Made by a program: the position numbers and the translations under genes. 64,000 nt of DNA from Octopus sinensis (lineage: Eukaryota), in assembly GCF_006345805.1 (NCBI RefSeq), contig NC_042997.1, positions 14,384,001 to 14,448,000 of the forward strand, read 5' to 3'. Under the pieces are notes generated by a model, which was not told the DNA's origin, did not search any database, and was given only the letters and a program-made list of their open reading frames with translations. Below are positions 11,965 through 24,499 of the stretch, in pieces (the stretch's first letter is position 1; every line of letters begins with the position of its first letter).

Positions 11965-13830
11965 TGCATTGCATTTGGTTTCAGCCCGGACTGAGATTAT
12001 GCTGGTTCACCACCTGTAGTTAATTGGTGTTGCTTCCGTTATTGTTTTTGGTGAAGTAGCGAGTTGGACGGAGCTGCTCTTCTTTCCGTACCCTGTTACG
12101 ATGTGGGTTCATCTGGTATCTCAGATAGAAACCTGTCCAGACGTTCCTTGAAAACATCCACATCAACACCATGTTGATCCCTAAGGTTGGATGGCAGGAT
12201 GTTGAACAATTGCAAGCCCTTGAAACCCAGACTATTGCAGTATTGTGTCCAGCGCTCTAGGGAGTAGACTCGTAGTTCTTTTAGCCTATCCCTGTAGTTC
12301 ATCTGTTGACATGTAGCAATCATTTTAGTGAAGTGTCGCTGGATTGCTTCAAGCTCCGTTGTTAGCTTGACACTGTGTGGTGACCACAGCTGAGAGCAGT
12401 AGTCTAGGCAGCCGAGGACAAAGGTCTTCCATAGAGTCAACATGACTTCTTGATCTCTTGTCCTGAATGTCCTTAGTATCCATCCCGCCAGTAGTCTGCA
12501 TTTTGCTGCCAACTTGGTAATGTGCATGTGAAATGATGCATCATTACACATACTGATGCCCAGGTATCTCACTGTCTGTGACTCTGGAATTGCAGTATCT
12601 CGGGGTCCTGTAAATGCCGGTTGTGGAGCATTTGTGATCTAATAGCGCAGTGCTTGAAATTTTTCAGCATTAAATTGCATAGTTTTGCTCTGCCCACTTA
12701 TATATTGCATTTAGGTTGTTCTGCGGGTTTACGACATCATTGCGATACTTTATTGCCTGTGGTAATTTTGTATTATCGGCGTAGCTAGTGACAGTGGCTG
12801 TCTGAGTGACTGTGGGTATGTCTAAGAGGGCTACTATAAACAGTAATGGCCCTAAGACAGTTCCCTGAGGGACACCGCTCGAAATTTGTGTTCCCCTAGA
12901 GAGTGCACCATTGGCTGCAACTGTCTGACTTCTATCGTTTAGGAAGTTGTGCAACCACTCTCCTAGTTCAGTAGCTATAGCAAGGTTTCGCAATTTGTAA
13001 CATATCAACTTTGTCAAAGTCCTTTGCAAAGTCACGATATATCACATCGACATTTGAATGGTCGAGCAGCTGCTTCAGGACCCAGTCATAATGCCGTTAG
13101 AGCTGTATGAGGCAGCTTCTGCTTGGACGGAAGCTATGCTGAGTATCGTTCAGCAAGTCATTTTCTTCTAGGAATGTAATCAGTTTCTTTCTGACGATTC
13201 GCTCCATGACTTTGCTGATATGTGAAGTCAGATAGATGGGTCTGTAGTTTTTGGCCTCTGCTCTGCTCTGCTCCCACCTTTATGGATAGGACATATGATG
13301 CCTTCATTTAGCTTTTTGGGAAGTTTACCACTTGCAAGAAAACTCTGGAAGAGTATCCGAAGTGGTCCCGCTAATTCCTGTTTACATGACTTTAAGAGAA
13401 CAGCTGAGAAATCATCGAGCCGGATGTTGAGTTTGAGCCCGTTTCGTCTATGGCCGCTGTTACATCTTCCTCTTGATTGTCAATGTAGGTAATGGCTGCC
13501 GCCTTTTTCTGCAGGGTTGCATAGTCAAAGAAATCATCTGGATTTTTTTTTTATCAGCATGTGACTCAGTGGAGAGGCGAAGACACTTTTAAATTGTACA
13601 CTGAGCACTTCACTTATCCTTTGGGGGTCCGCAGTCAGTGAGCCATTCAATTGGAGCAGGGGTCCGATTTTGTACTGTACTGTGGCGGTTTCCTTTGCAA
13701 ATTTATAGAAAGCCTTTGGATTTGTTTTTATGCTTTCTACAGCTCCCTTCTCCTTCTCTGCTCTTTCCTCTCCATAGGAGAGTTTAATTTTGTTTTCAAT
13801 TTCCAAGCAGTTCTGCCAGGTCATCGCCTT
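11965..13830 (-). mobile_element. 5'-truncated CR1-group LINE (ORF2 RT to 3' end), pseudogenised
   Basis: KAFYKFAKE, SGVPQGTVLGPLLF, SYADNTK, YLGISMCND, LDYCSQLWSPH, YSLERW, FLSEIPDEPT across several frames; 3' UTR ends near 11965. Confidence 0.9.
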
Positions 13831-14819
13831 TATTTTGCAATATATTGAAACACAAATTTGCGAGTGACATTTTGGAATGCATGTAAATCAGCATAAAAAA
13901 ACAAATTTATTATCTTTAATTTGAGTATCACGTGGAATTGCCGGTAAAGTTTAGCTTACTACGTGTTTTTTGTTGCGGTTTTTTGTTTGTTTAAATTCGA
14001 TGCCAAGTTTATTCTATAAAATAAGGTCAAGCTTTAAAAGCAGTAAATTTTGTTGTCAAAGCCCTGCGCAAAAAAAAAATGAAAGCTGTCAATTTCCTAT
14101 GAATTATTTGTTTAAACTGTTATTGGATTGTCTTGTTTTTGTTAGGTAATAGCCCTGATATCATAATGCGGATTGTCCACTGCTTCGTTACCAGTGTTAA
14201 TCAATTATACCTCTTCCCTTTTCTATAAGATATCATTCAGATTGTGACACAAAGCCAGCAATTTCAGAGGAATGGGGTTTTTGAAATACAGTACTTGAAT
14301 GGTACTTTATTTTGACGTCCCCGAAGGGACAAAAAGCAAGATTGAGCTCGACGGGATTTGAACTCAAAAAGTAAAGAGCCAAACGAAATGCCGTTAAACA
14401 TTTTGTCTGATGGACTAACTGTCCTCTAGTCCGCCGTCAAACGTTTATTTATTTTTATTTTTTACAAGACATAAACGAGGGAATTTACAATAAAATAAAT
14501 GATATGTGTTTTGAAAGTGTCGGGCAGTGTCGATGATTGCCAAGTGAAACAACATAGAAAAAGCATTTTTTTAAATACAAAACCTCTAAAGAGAGTGATG
14601 GGAATGGAACTGTTTGTATCAGTTTTCCCTGTTACGGATAATAAAAATAAAAAAAAAGAAAAGAAAATTGCTTCAATTTGAGAAGACATTTTTTTTGTTT
14701 TTGCTTTGTTTTCTGCTGCTGGTGAACAATGAGATTGTTATTTATCGGTCCCTAAAGAATGAGGTACAAAGACGGCCTCAGCAAGATCTGAATTGAAAAC
14801 GCAAGGAACCGAAATAAAT

Positions 14820-15045
14820 ACCTATTTCTTTAATACCCACAAGGGGCTAAACACAGAGGGGACAAACAAGGACAGACAAACGGATTAAGTCGATTATATC
14901 GACCCCAGTGCGTAACTGGTACTTAATTTATCGACCCCGAAAGGATGAAAGGCAAAGTTGACCTCGGCGGAATTTGAACCCAGAACGTAACAGCAGACGA
15001 AATACTGTTAAGCATTTTGCTCGGCGTGCTAACGATTCTGCCAGA
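14820..15045 (-). mobile_element. SINE family B
   Basis: Reverse complement of GGCAGAATCGTTAGCACGCCG...AAGAAATAG. Confidence 0.9.
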
Positions 15046-15829
15046 TGCCGAAATAAATACCACTAGCCATTTCGTCCGGCACTCTAATGACTGCCAGTTC
15101 TTACGAAGATGGAGAACAAATGAAGGTTGGAGAGGAATGTCACACTGTCACGGAAGTTTAAAAAAAAATTTAAAAAAGGAAACCGAAAAAGGTGAGGCTA
15201 GCCAGAATGTATCTAGGATCCTGGAAGAAGAGGCGAGGAAGCTGAAAGAGTGGAGGGACCACTCCCACGCAGCTGCTCATCTTCACAGTGGGACAAGTTA
15301 GTCACTATGAACTGCTTAACGTTCACTCTAGGGAAAAACAGACCAACAAATATATTGAAAAAGCGTTAAGTGGGGCGCGTAGACCAAGAGTATCTACGGG
15401 ACAGGATCTTACTAAAGATCACGCCCGCAGTAAGAGGATGACTTCCACTAAAAATATTTACAAGTGCATCTGGGTCCTCAAACTTCCGATGTAAGTGGGG
15501 GGGGGGGAAGAATCATAGCGAGCTAGTAGGTTCTCAACCACGTGTGGTTGTTTTATTTTTTGTTTTGTATTTTACACGATTTTTAAAATATGTATATTTT
15601 TTTATTATATACTTATCCAGCTCTTCTGTGAATTTGATTTATATCAAGTTTCAACATATTTAATAATTTATATAATTTCGTTTTCATATCATTTTATTTT
15701 GTGTATTCCCATACGTTTGAAAACCATGTATTTTCGCTCTTTTCTGGTGTTTGTAAGACGGACCTTGTGGCGGCAAATGAAGAAAGCGTTATTTTTTATT
15801 ATTTCTGTTATTATTGCTGCTATTGCGAA

Positions 15830-16205
15830 GGCAGCGAGCTGGCAGAATCGTTAGCACGCCGGGCAAAATGCTTAGCGGTATTTCGTCTGTCGTTACGTTC
15901 TGAGTTCAAATTCCGCCGAGGTTGACTTTGCCTTTCATCCTTTCGGGGTTGATTAAATAAGTGTCAGTTACGCACTGGGGTCGATATAATCGATTTAATC
16001 CGTTTGTCTGCCCTTGTTTGTCCTCTCTGTGTTTAGCCCCTTGTGGGTAGTAAAGAAATAGGTATTTTGCCTGCCGCTACGTTCTGAGTTCAAATTCCGT
16101 CGAAGTCGACTTTGCTTTTCGGTGTCGATAAATAAAGTACCAATTGAGTACTGGGGTCGATGTAATCGACTGTCCCCCTTCCCCAAATTTTAAGCCTTGT
16201 ACCTA
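15830..16205 (+). mobile_element. SINE family B, dimeric
   Basis: Head, one full unit and a second unit with an alternative tail. Confidence 0.9.
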
Positions 16206-17689
16206 TAGTAGAAAATTTTATTGCTGCTACTGTTGTTCTTACAACACGATCTTCTAGCAGCTTCACGTCCAAGCAAGATATGATTGCGCATCGATCTTGC
16301 AAGATTTTCGAAAGAAAGAAGCGAAATTTATTCTGTTTTTCTGGGGTTTTTTTCAGTCGGTTTGCATGAAATATGTTTTGGAAGAAAACATTTTTTTTTA
16401 TTTGCGAGACATGTAAAGACAACACAACTTAAAGCAGACAAACAGGAATATAGATAGAAATTCTTTGCCTCAAGGCTTGAAGGCGTGTGTAATTTAAACG
16501 AAAATAAACTTAACTTTTCTTTCGATGCTAACAGCACTGAGAAATGTTTTGGTCGTCACTGCAACAACACACAACTTTGTAAACGCATCTTTGCAGATAT
16601 CGCTTCCAATAAAGAAATTTGGAACATGGGTAAAATCCAATGAAAGAAGGAAGTCTAGCAGAAGCGTTTCTCAGAAGACAGAACTCAATTTTCCAGACTG
16701 TATGCCGAGGAATTTGTTCAGAGAAAAGTGACACGCCTCTGTCTCGCGAAGAGAGATGGGGACATTCTGTATACCTTCAAAAGACAGACTGAAAGACGTC
16801 CTGGCCGATATGTGGATGGTTGTAATTTCCATCTTCCCGAGTTGGATTCTACCAAGATTTATTTAATGAAAGAAAACAAATTTTTCCTCGTTTATTTTAT
16901 GAAGAGTGAACTTGGGAACGTTTGAACTTCTACCCCATCAACCGTAGTAGACCAAAGATCTGTGCTTTAAATAGTTTTGTTATTTTTTTTTAATATTGCT
17001 AATTGCTTAAAAAAAGCCAGTAAATTACTAAAACTTCTAAAACAAATTACTTTCGTAGAAAAATTACGATCCAATAGAAAACAATGCTTGAAAACAATAA
17101 CAATAAGTCAGAAAATAGACAACCAGAAAAGGAAAATGAATACAACTGAACAAGCAGACACAGCAAGCACTCAGCAACAATTGATATACCGATAACACTA
17201 ACGCGATTTTTGTCCTTGAGTAGCCACTGTTATTTCCTATTTGCTTACCTCTAGAAAGTATGAAAAATGGCCAATATTTCCTTCAAACTTCGCTTTTGTT
17301 CATTTATACCAGGGGTCACCAAACTTTTTTCATGGCAGGCCAGACAACCGAGAGAATGCCGAACGCAGGCTGCATAACCATTTTGTTCAATACATTAAAG
17401 GGAATACACAGAAAATAAAGACAACCAACATATTTATTTACCAAAAGTTGTTAAAGAAGGCGACGTTAGCAATAAGATCATACCCAGTGTGATATATCCG
17501 AATCTAAGCAACAAAAAAAGGTTAGTGAGATTTGTGAAACTGGTGTTTAGCTTTTAAGATATCACAAATATTTGCTTTGGAATTGCTGCATCCAGCCAAG
17601 AGAATCGTTTTCAAATGCTCATCAGTCAACATCGTTCGATGTGCTGACTTCACATAATTCATTTCTGAAAATGTTTGCTCATAGACATT

Positions 17690-17885
17690 ATTATATATCT
17701 CTCACGTCTGCGCTCTAAGGAGTAGAGTCGTAGTTCTTTCAGCCTATCCCTGTAGTTCATCTGTTGGACTGTAGCAATCTTTTTAGTGAAGTGTAGCTGG
17801 ATTGCTTCAAGCTCCGTTGTTAGCTTGACACTGTGTGGTGACCACAGCTGAGAGCAGTAGTCTAGGCAGTCGAGGACAAAGGTCT
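17690..17885 (-). mobile_element. CR1-group LINE RT C-terminal fragment
   Basis: LDYCSQLWSPHSVKLTTELEAIQ...LYSLERRRERY; nearly identical to 12290-12430. Confidence 0.85.
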
Positions 17886-18010
17886 TATATACATTATATC
17901 GGTGTAACTTGCAACCCCGAAAAGCTGGCTCACTTGACAGCATCATTGGACGGTAGCCGGCATAATCGAATATGAGCTTTATCCGCATATTCAAAACGTT
18001 ACCATAAACA

Positions 18011-18059
<49 letters not shown>

Positions 18060-18062
18060 ATA

Positions 18063-18187
18063 GGCGCCGAAGTGACTACGTGGCTCCTTGGACAAGTGTC
18101 TTCTACTATAGTCTCGGGACCACCAAAGCCTTGTAAGTGAATTTGGTAGACGTAAACTGAAAGAAGCCCGTCATATATATGTATATG

Positions 18188-18239
<52 letters not shown>

Positions 18240-18420
18240 TGTGTTTGTCCCCCCAACATCGCTTGACAACCGATGCTGGTGTATTTACTTCCCCTTAACT
18301 TAGCGGTTCAGCAAAACAGACCGATAGAATAAGTACTAGGCTTACGAAGAATTAGTCCGAAAGGCGGTGCTCCAGCATGGCCGCAGTCAAATGACTGAAA
18401 CAAGTAAACGAGTAAAAGGG
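18063..18420 (+). mobile_element. SINE family A, internally deleted
   Basis: Body and tail match the other copies; joined tail-to-tail with the 18468 copy across (TA)n. Confidence 0.85.
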
Positions 18421-18461
<41 letters not shown>

Positions 18462-18467
18462 ATATAG

Positions 18468-18873
18468 TCTTTTACTTGTTTCAGTCATTTGACTGCGGCC
18501 ATGATGGAGCACCGCCTTTAGTCGAAGAAATCGACTCCAGGACTTATTCTTTGTAAGCCTAGTACTTATTCTATCGGTTTCTTTTGCTGAACGGCTAAGT
18601 TACGGGGACATGTACACACCAGCATCGATTGTCAAGCGATGTTGTAGGGACAAACACAGACACACAAACATATACACACACATACATACATATATATATA
18701 TATCTATATATATATATATATACATATATACGACGGGCTTCTTTCAGTTTCCGTCAACCAAATCCACTCACAAGGCTTTGGTCGGCCCGAGGCTATAGTA
18801 GAAGACACTTGCCCAGTGGGACTGAACCTGGAACCTGGAACCAAGCTACTTACCACATAGCCACTCCTGCGCC
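18468..18873 (-). mobile_element. SINE family A
   Basis: Head to tail match on the minus strand. Confidence 0.9.
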
Positions 18874-18894
18874 TATATATATATATATATATAA

Positions 18895-19105
18895 TTTCTT
18901 TATTACCCACAAGGGGCTAAACATAGAGGGGACAAACAAGGACAGACAAACGGATTAAGTCGATTATATCGACCCCAGTGCGTAACTGGTACTTAATTTA
19001 TCGACCCCGAAAGGATGAAAGGCAAAGTCGACCTCGGCGGAATTTGAACTCAGAACTTAACGGCAGACGAAATACGGCTACGCATTTCGCCCGGCGTGCT
19101 ACGCA
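18895..19105 (-). mobile_element. SINE family B inserted in the (TA)n next to SINE A
   Basis: Unit match on the minus strand. Confidence 0.9.
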
Positions 19106-19267
19106 AACATAAGTATGTATTAAGTTATACATGGCCTGGGCCAATACTGCATATATACCTAAGTATATGTACACACACATGAAGATATTAATATAGCTAT
19201 GAATATGCTTATACACATACATGTACGTATGTGACTACTGCAGGATGTGTGTCTATGTCGGAAACAC

Positions 19268-19390
<123 letters not shown>

Positions 19391-19904
19391 AGGCACTCCT
19401 TCCCGTCAGCTGTCGACTGATGAAGATCATAACGGTTTCAACTTCCACCAACAATGCCACTCCCTCCAACAATGTTGAACACCACTGATGCTATCAAAGA
19501 ATGCGGGGTTTTTTTTTGTTTTTTTTTTTTGACCCGTACTGAAGTCCGCCCGTTCCTTTCCGTTAATCTTGAAGCCACCATACAAAACCGACTACAGCTG
19601 TGGCCATTATTTCACTTCACTACTCGATGATCGTATCTTCTTTAGCTCTTATGTTTTCATATTTCTTTGAAGTAGTTTTTACTAAGTACATAATAGTTCC
19701 ACTTTGTGTGTGTGTGTGTGTGTGTGCGTGTGTGCTCACAAAAGGTGCAGGTGTGGCTGTGTGGTAAGAAGTTGGCTCCCAACTGCATGGTTTCCGGTTC
19801 AGCCCTGCTGCGCGACACTTATAATTTTCGACTATAGACGTCGCCAAGGCCTTTTGAATGGGTTGGGTCTGGTACACAGAAACTGAATGAAGACTGTCGG
19901 GCTG

Positions 19905-20575
19905 TGTAGCAAGAAGCTTGCTTCCCAACCACATGATTCTGGGTTCAGTCCCACTGCGTGGCACCTTGGGCAAGTACCTTCTGCTATAAGCCTCAGGCCA
20001 ACCAAAGCCTGGTGAGTGGATTATGTAGACGGAAACTGAAAGAAGCCCGTCGTATATTTTCAGATTTTTTCTATATGCTAGGCCACTGGTTTTAAATTGA
20101 TGTTAATTAAATTAGGGTGATAAATTGAAAATTAATTTAATTAACATCAATTTAAAACCAGTAGCCTAGCATATAGAAAAAATCTGAAAATTCAGAAAAA
20201 TTGTATTACATGCTTGTAAGTAGGGATGATCACTAAGTGGACAGAGAACATTCTTTTCTTTGTGGTTAGATCGTAAGTGATCTATTTCTAGTATATTGGA
20301 TGTCCACTTAGTGATCATCCCTATTTATACGTATATATATATATATGTATGTATATGTCTGTGTTTGCCCCCTTCCCCCCAGCATCGCTTGATAACCGAG
20401 AGTGGTGTGTATACGATACGTTCTTGTTGCCTAGCGGTTCGGCAAAAGCGAAAGATCGAATAAGTACTAGGCATGCAAAGAATAAGTCCTGGGCTCGATT
20501 TGCTCGACTAAATGTGGTGCTCCAGCATGGCCGCAGTCAAATGACTGAAACAAATAAAAGAATAAATGAAAAGAA
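19905..20575 (+). mobile_element. SINE family A interrupted by a double-hairpin insert (20056-20323)
   Basis: The head stops at AGAAGCCCGTCGTAT and the body resumes after 20323. Confidence 0.85.
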
Positions 20576-20662
20576 GATATATATATATTCATATATGTGT
20601 GTGTGCATATATATATTATATTATTATATGATTGAATGCTACGCATCCTCTTCCAAGTAAGT

Positions 20663-20695
<33 letters not shown>

Positions 20696-20881
20696 TATAC
20701 ACGGGTGTGTGTGATTGTGTATAGAAGAATATATTAATAAAAGGAATTCCAACCTTGTCTGATTTTCATGTTTTATTTACAATCTTATAATGATATAATA
20801 TAATATAATATAATATAATATAATATAATATAATATAATATAATAAAATAAAATAATAGAATGTTAAATGTTCATTCTGAT

Positions 20882-20927
20882 TGAACTAGTACTTTCATTG
20901 CTTTAAATTCTGCAATCTTCAGGTTCA
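20882..20927 (-). ncRNA. Minimal type I hammerhead ribozyme motif
   Basis: Minus strand TGAAC-CTGAAGA-TTGC(AGAATTTAAA)GCAA-T-GAAA-GTAC-TA-GTTCA: perfect 5-bp stem I, palindromic AGTACT stem III, one extra U before G12. Confidence 0.7.
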
Positions 20928-21006
20928 TGTAGTAGTGGTGACAGCCATGCTTCACAATTTTTGACTATATATATATATATATATATATATATGCATATAC
21001 ATGCAT

Positions 21007-21470
21007 ATATGGGTACAGGACGTCACCAAGGGTGCAAATAAGATGAAATACGTAAACAAGATAGTTAAATACTTAAAGAACGAGAAAAATAAATAGAACA
21101 AGTAAACACAGAGAAAAGACTCTTCATCAGTTGTCGGCTGTCTATCTACTCCTCATTTCGAGCACTCAACGACAATTATGAGTCTTCGAAGACAGTTGCT
21201 CCCATAAATTCTAATATAAAATTTATGATTTATGGAGGGTCAAAGTTGGGGAACAAAAAATGACAGTGGAAACTTACATGATGGGGGTGGGGGTGTCGTT
21301 AAACCAGAATGCTCGAAATGAGGAGTAGATAGACAGCCGATAACTGATGAAGGGCCCTTTCTCTGAGTTTATTTGTCCTGTTTTCCATTTTTCTCGTTGT
21401 TTACATGCTTAATTCGTTTGTTTACGTATTTCTTGTTATTTGGACCGTTGGTGACGTCCTGTACCCATAT
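21007..21470. repeat. Inverted repeat element with ~160-bp diverged arms
   Basis: 21007-21164 is the reverse complement of 21310-21470; a one-armed relative lies at about 11350-11680. Confidence 0.8.
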
Positions 21471-21477
21471 GGTGACC

Positions 21478-21814
21478 CCCTACGGTCAGACCTTGACCAT
21501 GGGTTTGCACCTAGAGAGTTACCCTCTGAGGCACAAGTCTGGGCAAGGTTTGTTTTTTTTTATGGAAGACCAGTAGTCGCCCATGCATACCGGCCTCCTC
21601 TCTCCACGTCACCGATGTTGTCCAAGGGAAAGGCAAGGGCCGATACAGCTTGGCACCTGCGACGTCGCAACTCATTTCTACAGCTGAGTGAACTGGAGCA
21701 ACGTGAAATAAAGTGTCTTGCTCAAGAACACAACACGCATCCCGGTCCGGGATTCGAGCTCACAACCTCACGATCGTAAGCTCGACGCTCTAACCACTGA
21801 GCCACGCGCCTTCA
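21478..21814 (-). mobile_element. SINE family D (tRNA-Arg-like head, CORE-like domain; probably the octopus OR2 type)
   Basis: Head GGCTCAGTGGTTAGAGCGTCGAGCTTACGATCG has an ACG anticodon loop; the CORE-like block follows. Confidence 0.85.
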
Positions 21815-22202
21815 CTATGTTCCCATATATGTTCCCACATGCATATATGTTCCCATATATGCATGTGTATATATACATAGTTGCATTCTTAAAATTACAG
21901 CTGACCTTTGATTTATGCAACCCTAGTTACTGAGAATTTCGGCAGTAAAAATTTCTCTCGTGTGCTTCTCTCTCAGGACGGTTTTCAAACACAGTCTGGA
22001 TGTACTCCTACAGTTCTTCAATAGATGTAATAGGCGCAGATGTGGCTGTGTGGTAAGAAGCTTGCTTCCCAACCACATGGTTTCGGGTTCAGTCCCACTG
22101 CGCGGCACCTTGGTGAAGTGTCTTCTACCATCGCCTCAGGTCGACCAAAGCCTTGTGATTGGATTTGGTAGACAGAAACTGAAAGAAGCCCGTCGTACAT
22201 AT

Positions 22203-22255
<53 letters not shown>

Positions 22256-22278
22256 TATATATATATATTATATATATA

Positions 22279-22672
22279 CTAGCAGCAGCATCCGGCGTTG
22301 CTCGGATTTGTAAGGGAAAAACTATATAAGCATTTTTAGAGAGTTATAGCCAAAAAATAGCAAAAAAATGCATTAAAAATGGAAAAAAATAATGGTAATT
22401 TTTTTTTTAAATCGTTGACTCATCGTAGACATTTTTAGAGAATTACTTCCCTTATATAATAGCGAAAAAATGCATTAAAATGGAAAAAAATGATAGTAAT
22501 TTTTTTTAAATCGTAGACTCATCGTAGACGCGCGCTAATACCCAGAAGGGCTCGATATGAATCACGACTATAAGATACCCGGTTTTGGTTAAACTGCACC
22601 GCAAAATGTGGGAGTAGTTAGGAATCTGAATCGTAGGAGACAGACACACAACTTGACTTTTATATATAAAGA
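22279..22672 (-). mobile_element. Non-autonomous Helitron copy 1
   Basis: Minus strand begins TCTTTATATATAAAAG and ends with GC-rich hairpin CCGAGCAACGCCGG followed by CTAG; sits between A and T. Confidence 0.8.
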
Positions 22673-23048
22673 TTACTGGATAACAACTTGTCGAAGATAT
22701 TTATGGTCAAGATTAACAAGAAACGAAAATAACCTCCTTGCTGTCGTCATGAAAATTGAAGTGAATGTTTCTGTCTTCTTTTGTGTAAACAATTTTCAAA
22801 AGTGGAAAGATAAACGATTAACGAGAAACTAAATCATCTTCCTTGCTATCTGTTGAAATATTTGTCTTCGTGAAGATAAAAGAATGTGAAAGTATTTTTC
22901 CTTGTAATAAATTGAGCGTTTTCTAAGAAAATTAATCATTACGAAACAATTGTTTTTCGAGAGAATATATTACGCACTAGCATAAAAACAAAAAAGTATG
23001 GTTCACACTCCTGCGTACTCAAATTTTTCACATACCTTTTTATCCTCA

Positions 23049-23443
23049 CTAGCAGTATCGCTCGGCGTTGCTCGGGTTTATAAGGGAAATAACTATATAA
23101 GCATTTTTAGAGATGTAAAGTATAATAGCCATCTCAATATGGCTAACCACAAATGGGGGGTGTTACTGTAGCTTTTTACGTTCTGAGATTTAATAATAAA
23201 TTTTTAGAGAGTTACTTCCCTTATATATGCCAAAAATGCATTAAAATGGGAAAAATTGATTGTAATTTTTTTTTTAAATCGTAGACTCATCGTAGACGCG
23301 CGCTAATACCCAGAAGGGCTCGATATGAATCACGACTATAAGATACCCGGTTTTGGTTAAACTGCACCGCAAAATGTGGGAGTAGTTAGGAATCTAAATC
23401 GTAGGAGACAGACAGCACACAACCTCACTTTTATATATAAAGA
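23049..23443 (-). mobile_element. Non-autonomous Helitron copy 2
   Basis: Same 5' TC and 3' CCCGAGCAACGCCGAGCGATACTGCTAG termini as copy 1; internal blocks differ. Confidence 0.8.
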
Positions 23444-23636
23444 TTACTGGATAACAACTTGTCGAAGATATTTATGGTCAAGATAAACAATCATGGCATT
23501 GCGTTTAAGAAGCTCACTTGCAAATACGTGATTTCGCGTTCAGTCCAACGGCACATTGAATATCTTCTACTATATCCTGAGCTAACCAATGCCTAATGAG
23601 TCGCTTCGGTTGACAGAAACTGTGTGGAAGCTCGTC

Positions 23637-23639
<3 letters not shown>

Positions 23640-23684
<45 letters not shown>

Positions 23685-23710
23685 GTGGTATATGTATATA
23701 TGTATATATG

Positions 23711-23744
<34 letters not shown>

Positions 23745-23896
23745 TGCATGCATGCATGCATGTATGTATGTATGTATGTATGTATATATGTATGTATTAT
23801 ATATATATATATATATTATATATATATATAATATATATATATATGTATGCATGTATATATATATGTATGTATATATATATGTATGTATATATATAT

Positions 23897-23945
<49 letters not shown>
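23640..23945. repeat. Compound (TA)/(TATG) microsatellite
   Basis: Direct reading. Confidence 0.95.
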
Positions 23946-24499
23946 TTATTTACAAGATGAGCAAAAGAGTATTAAGCCGTTTTTTGTCATTGCTGTCGTA
24001 CATATTTGCTTGCTTTCTTACAAAAAATCTAATGCTCTTAGTTTAGGCTTTTGGTGTGGTGTGGTGGTGGTGGGGGAGCAACCAGAGTCGAACAGTCTCA
24101 AGTGTAACTGCCCAAAACTGTAATGACTACCTGGAAAATTGACTGATGAAAGAAAGCCACGAATGACGCGTCCTTTTTTTCCTGTCCCTCTATTTGTTGT
24201 TTTTCATATCCGCCTTTGTATCGTCTGTCCGTCCGGATGTTTTATTGTCCTCTATTGCGTTTTTTAGTTGGTAAGTATCAAATAGGATATTCCGGTTGTG
24301 TACACAGAGAAACCCAACCCTATGACTATTTAGCGTTGAATAGTACGTTGTTGGTATACTCTAGGGTATCCGACAAATCGTAAATCTCCTTGGTGTATTA
24401 TAATCAAATGAATTAATAACATACGATGGATAATTGTCAGCTCATTACAACTGTTTCTTGCGCATCTTTTTAATAAAAGAATGAGAGCATTACTTCATT

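Noticed and set aside
17310-17325. hAT-like terminus CAGGGGTCACCAAACT
   Set aside because: Only one end is visible, with no partner TIR or TSD.
21740-21814. Possible tRNA-Arg(ACG) gene
   Set aside because: The acceptor stem is not formed and the sequence runs into a SINE body; it is a SINE head.
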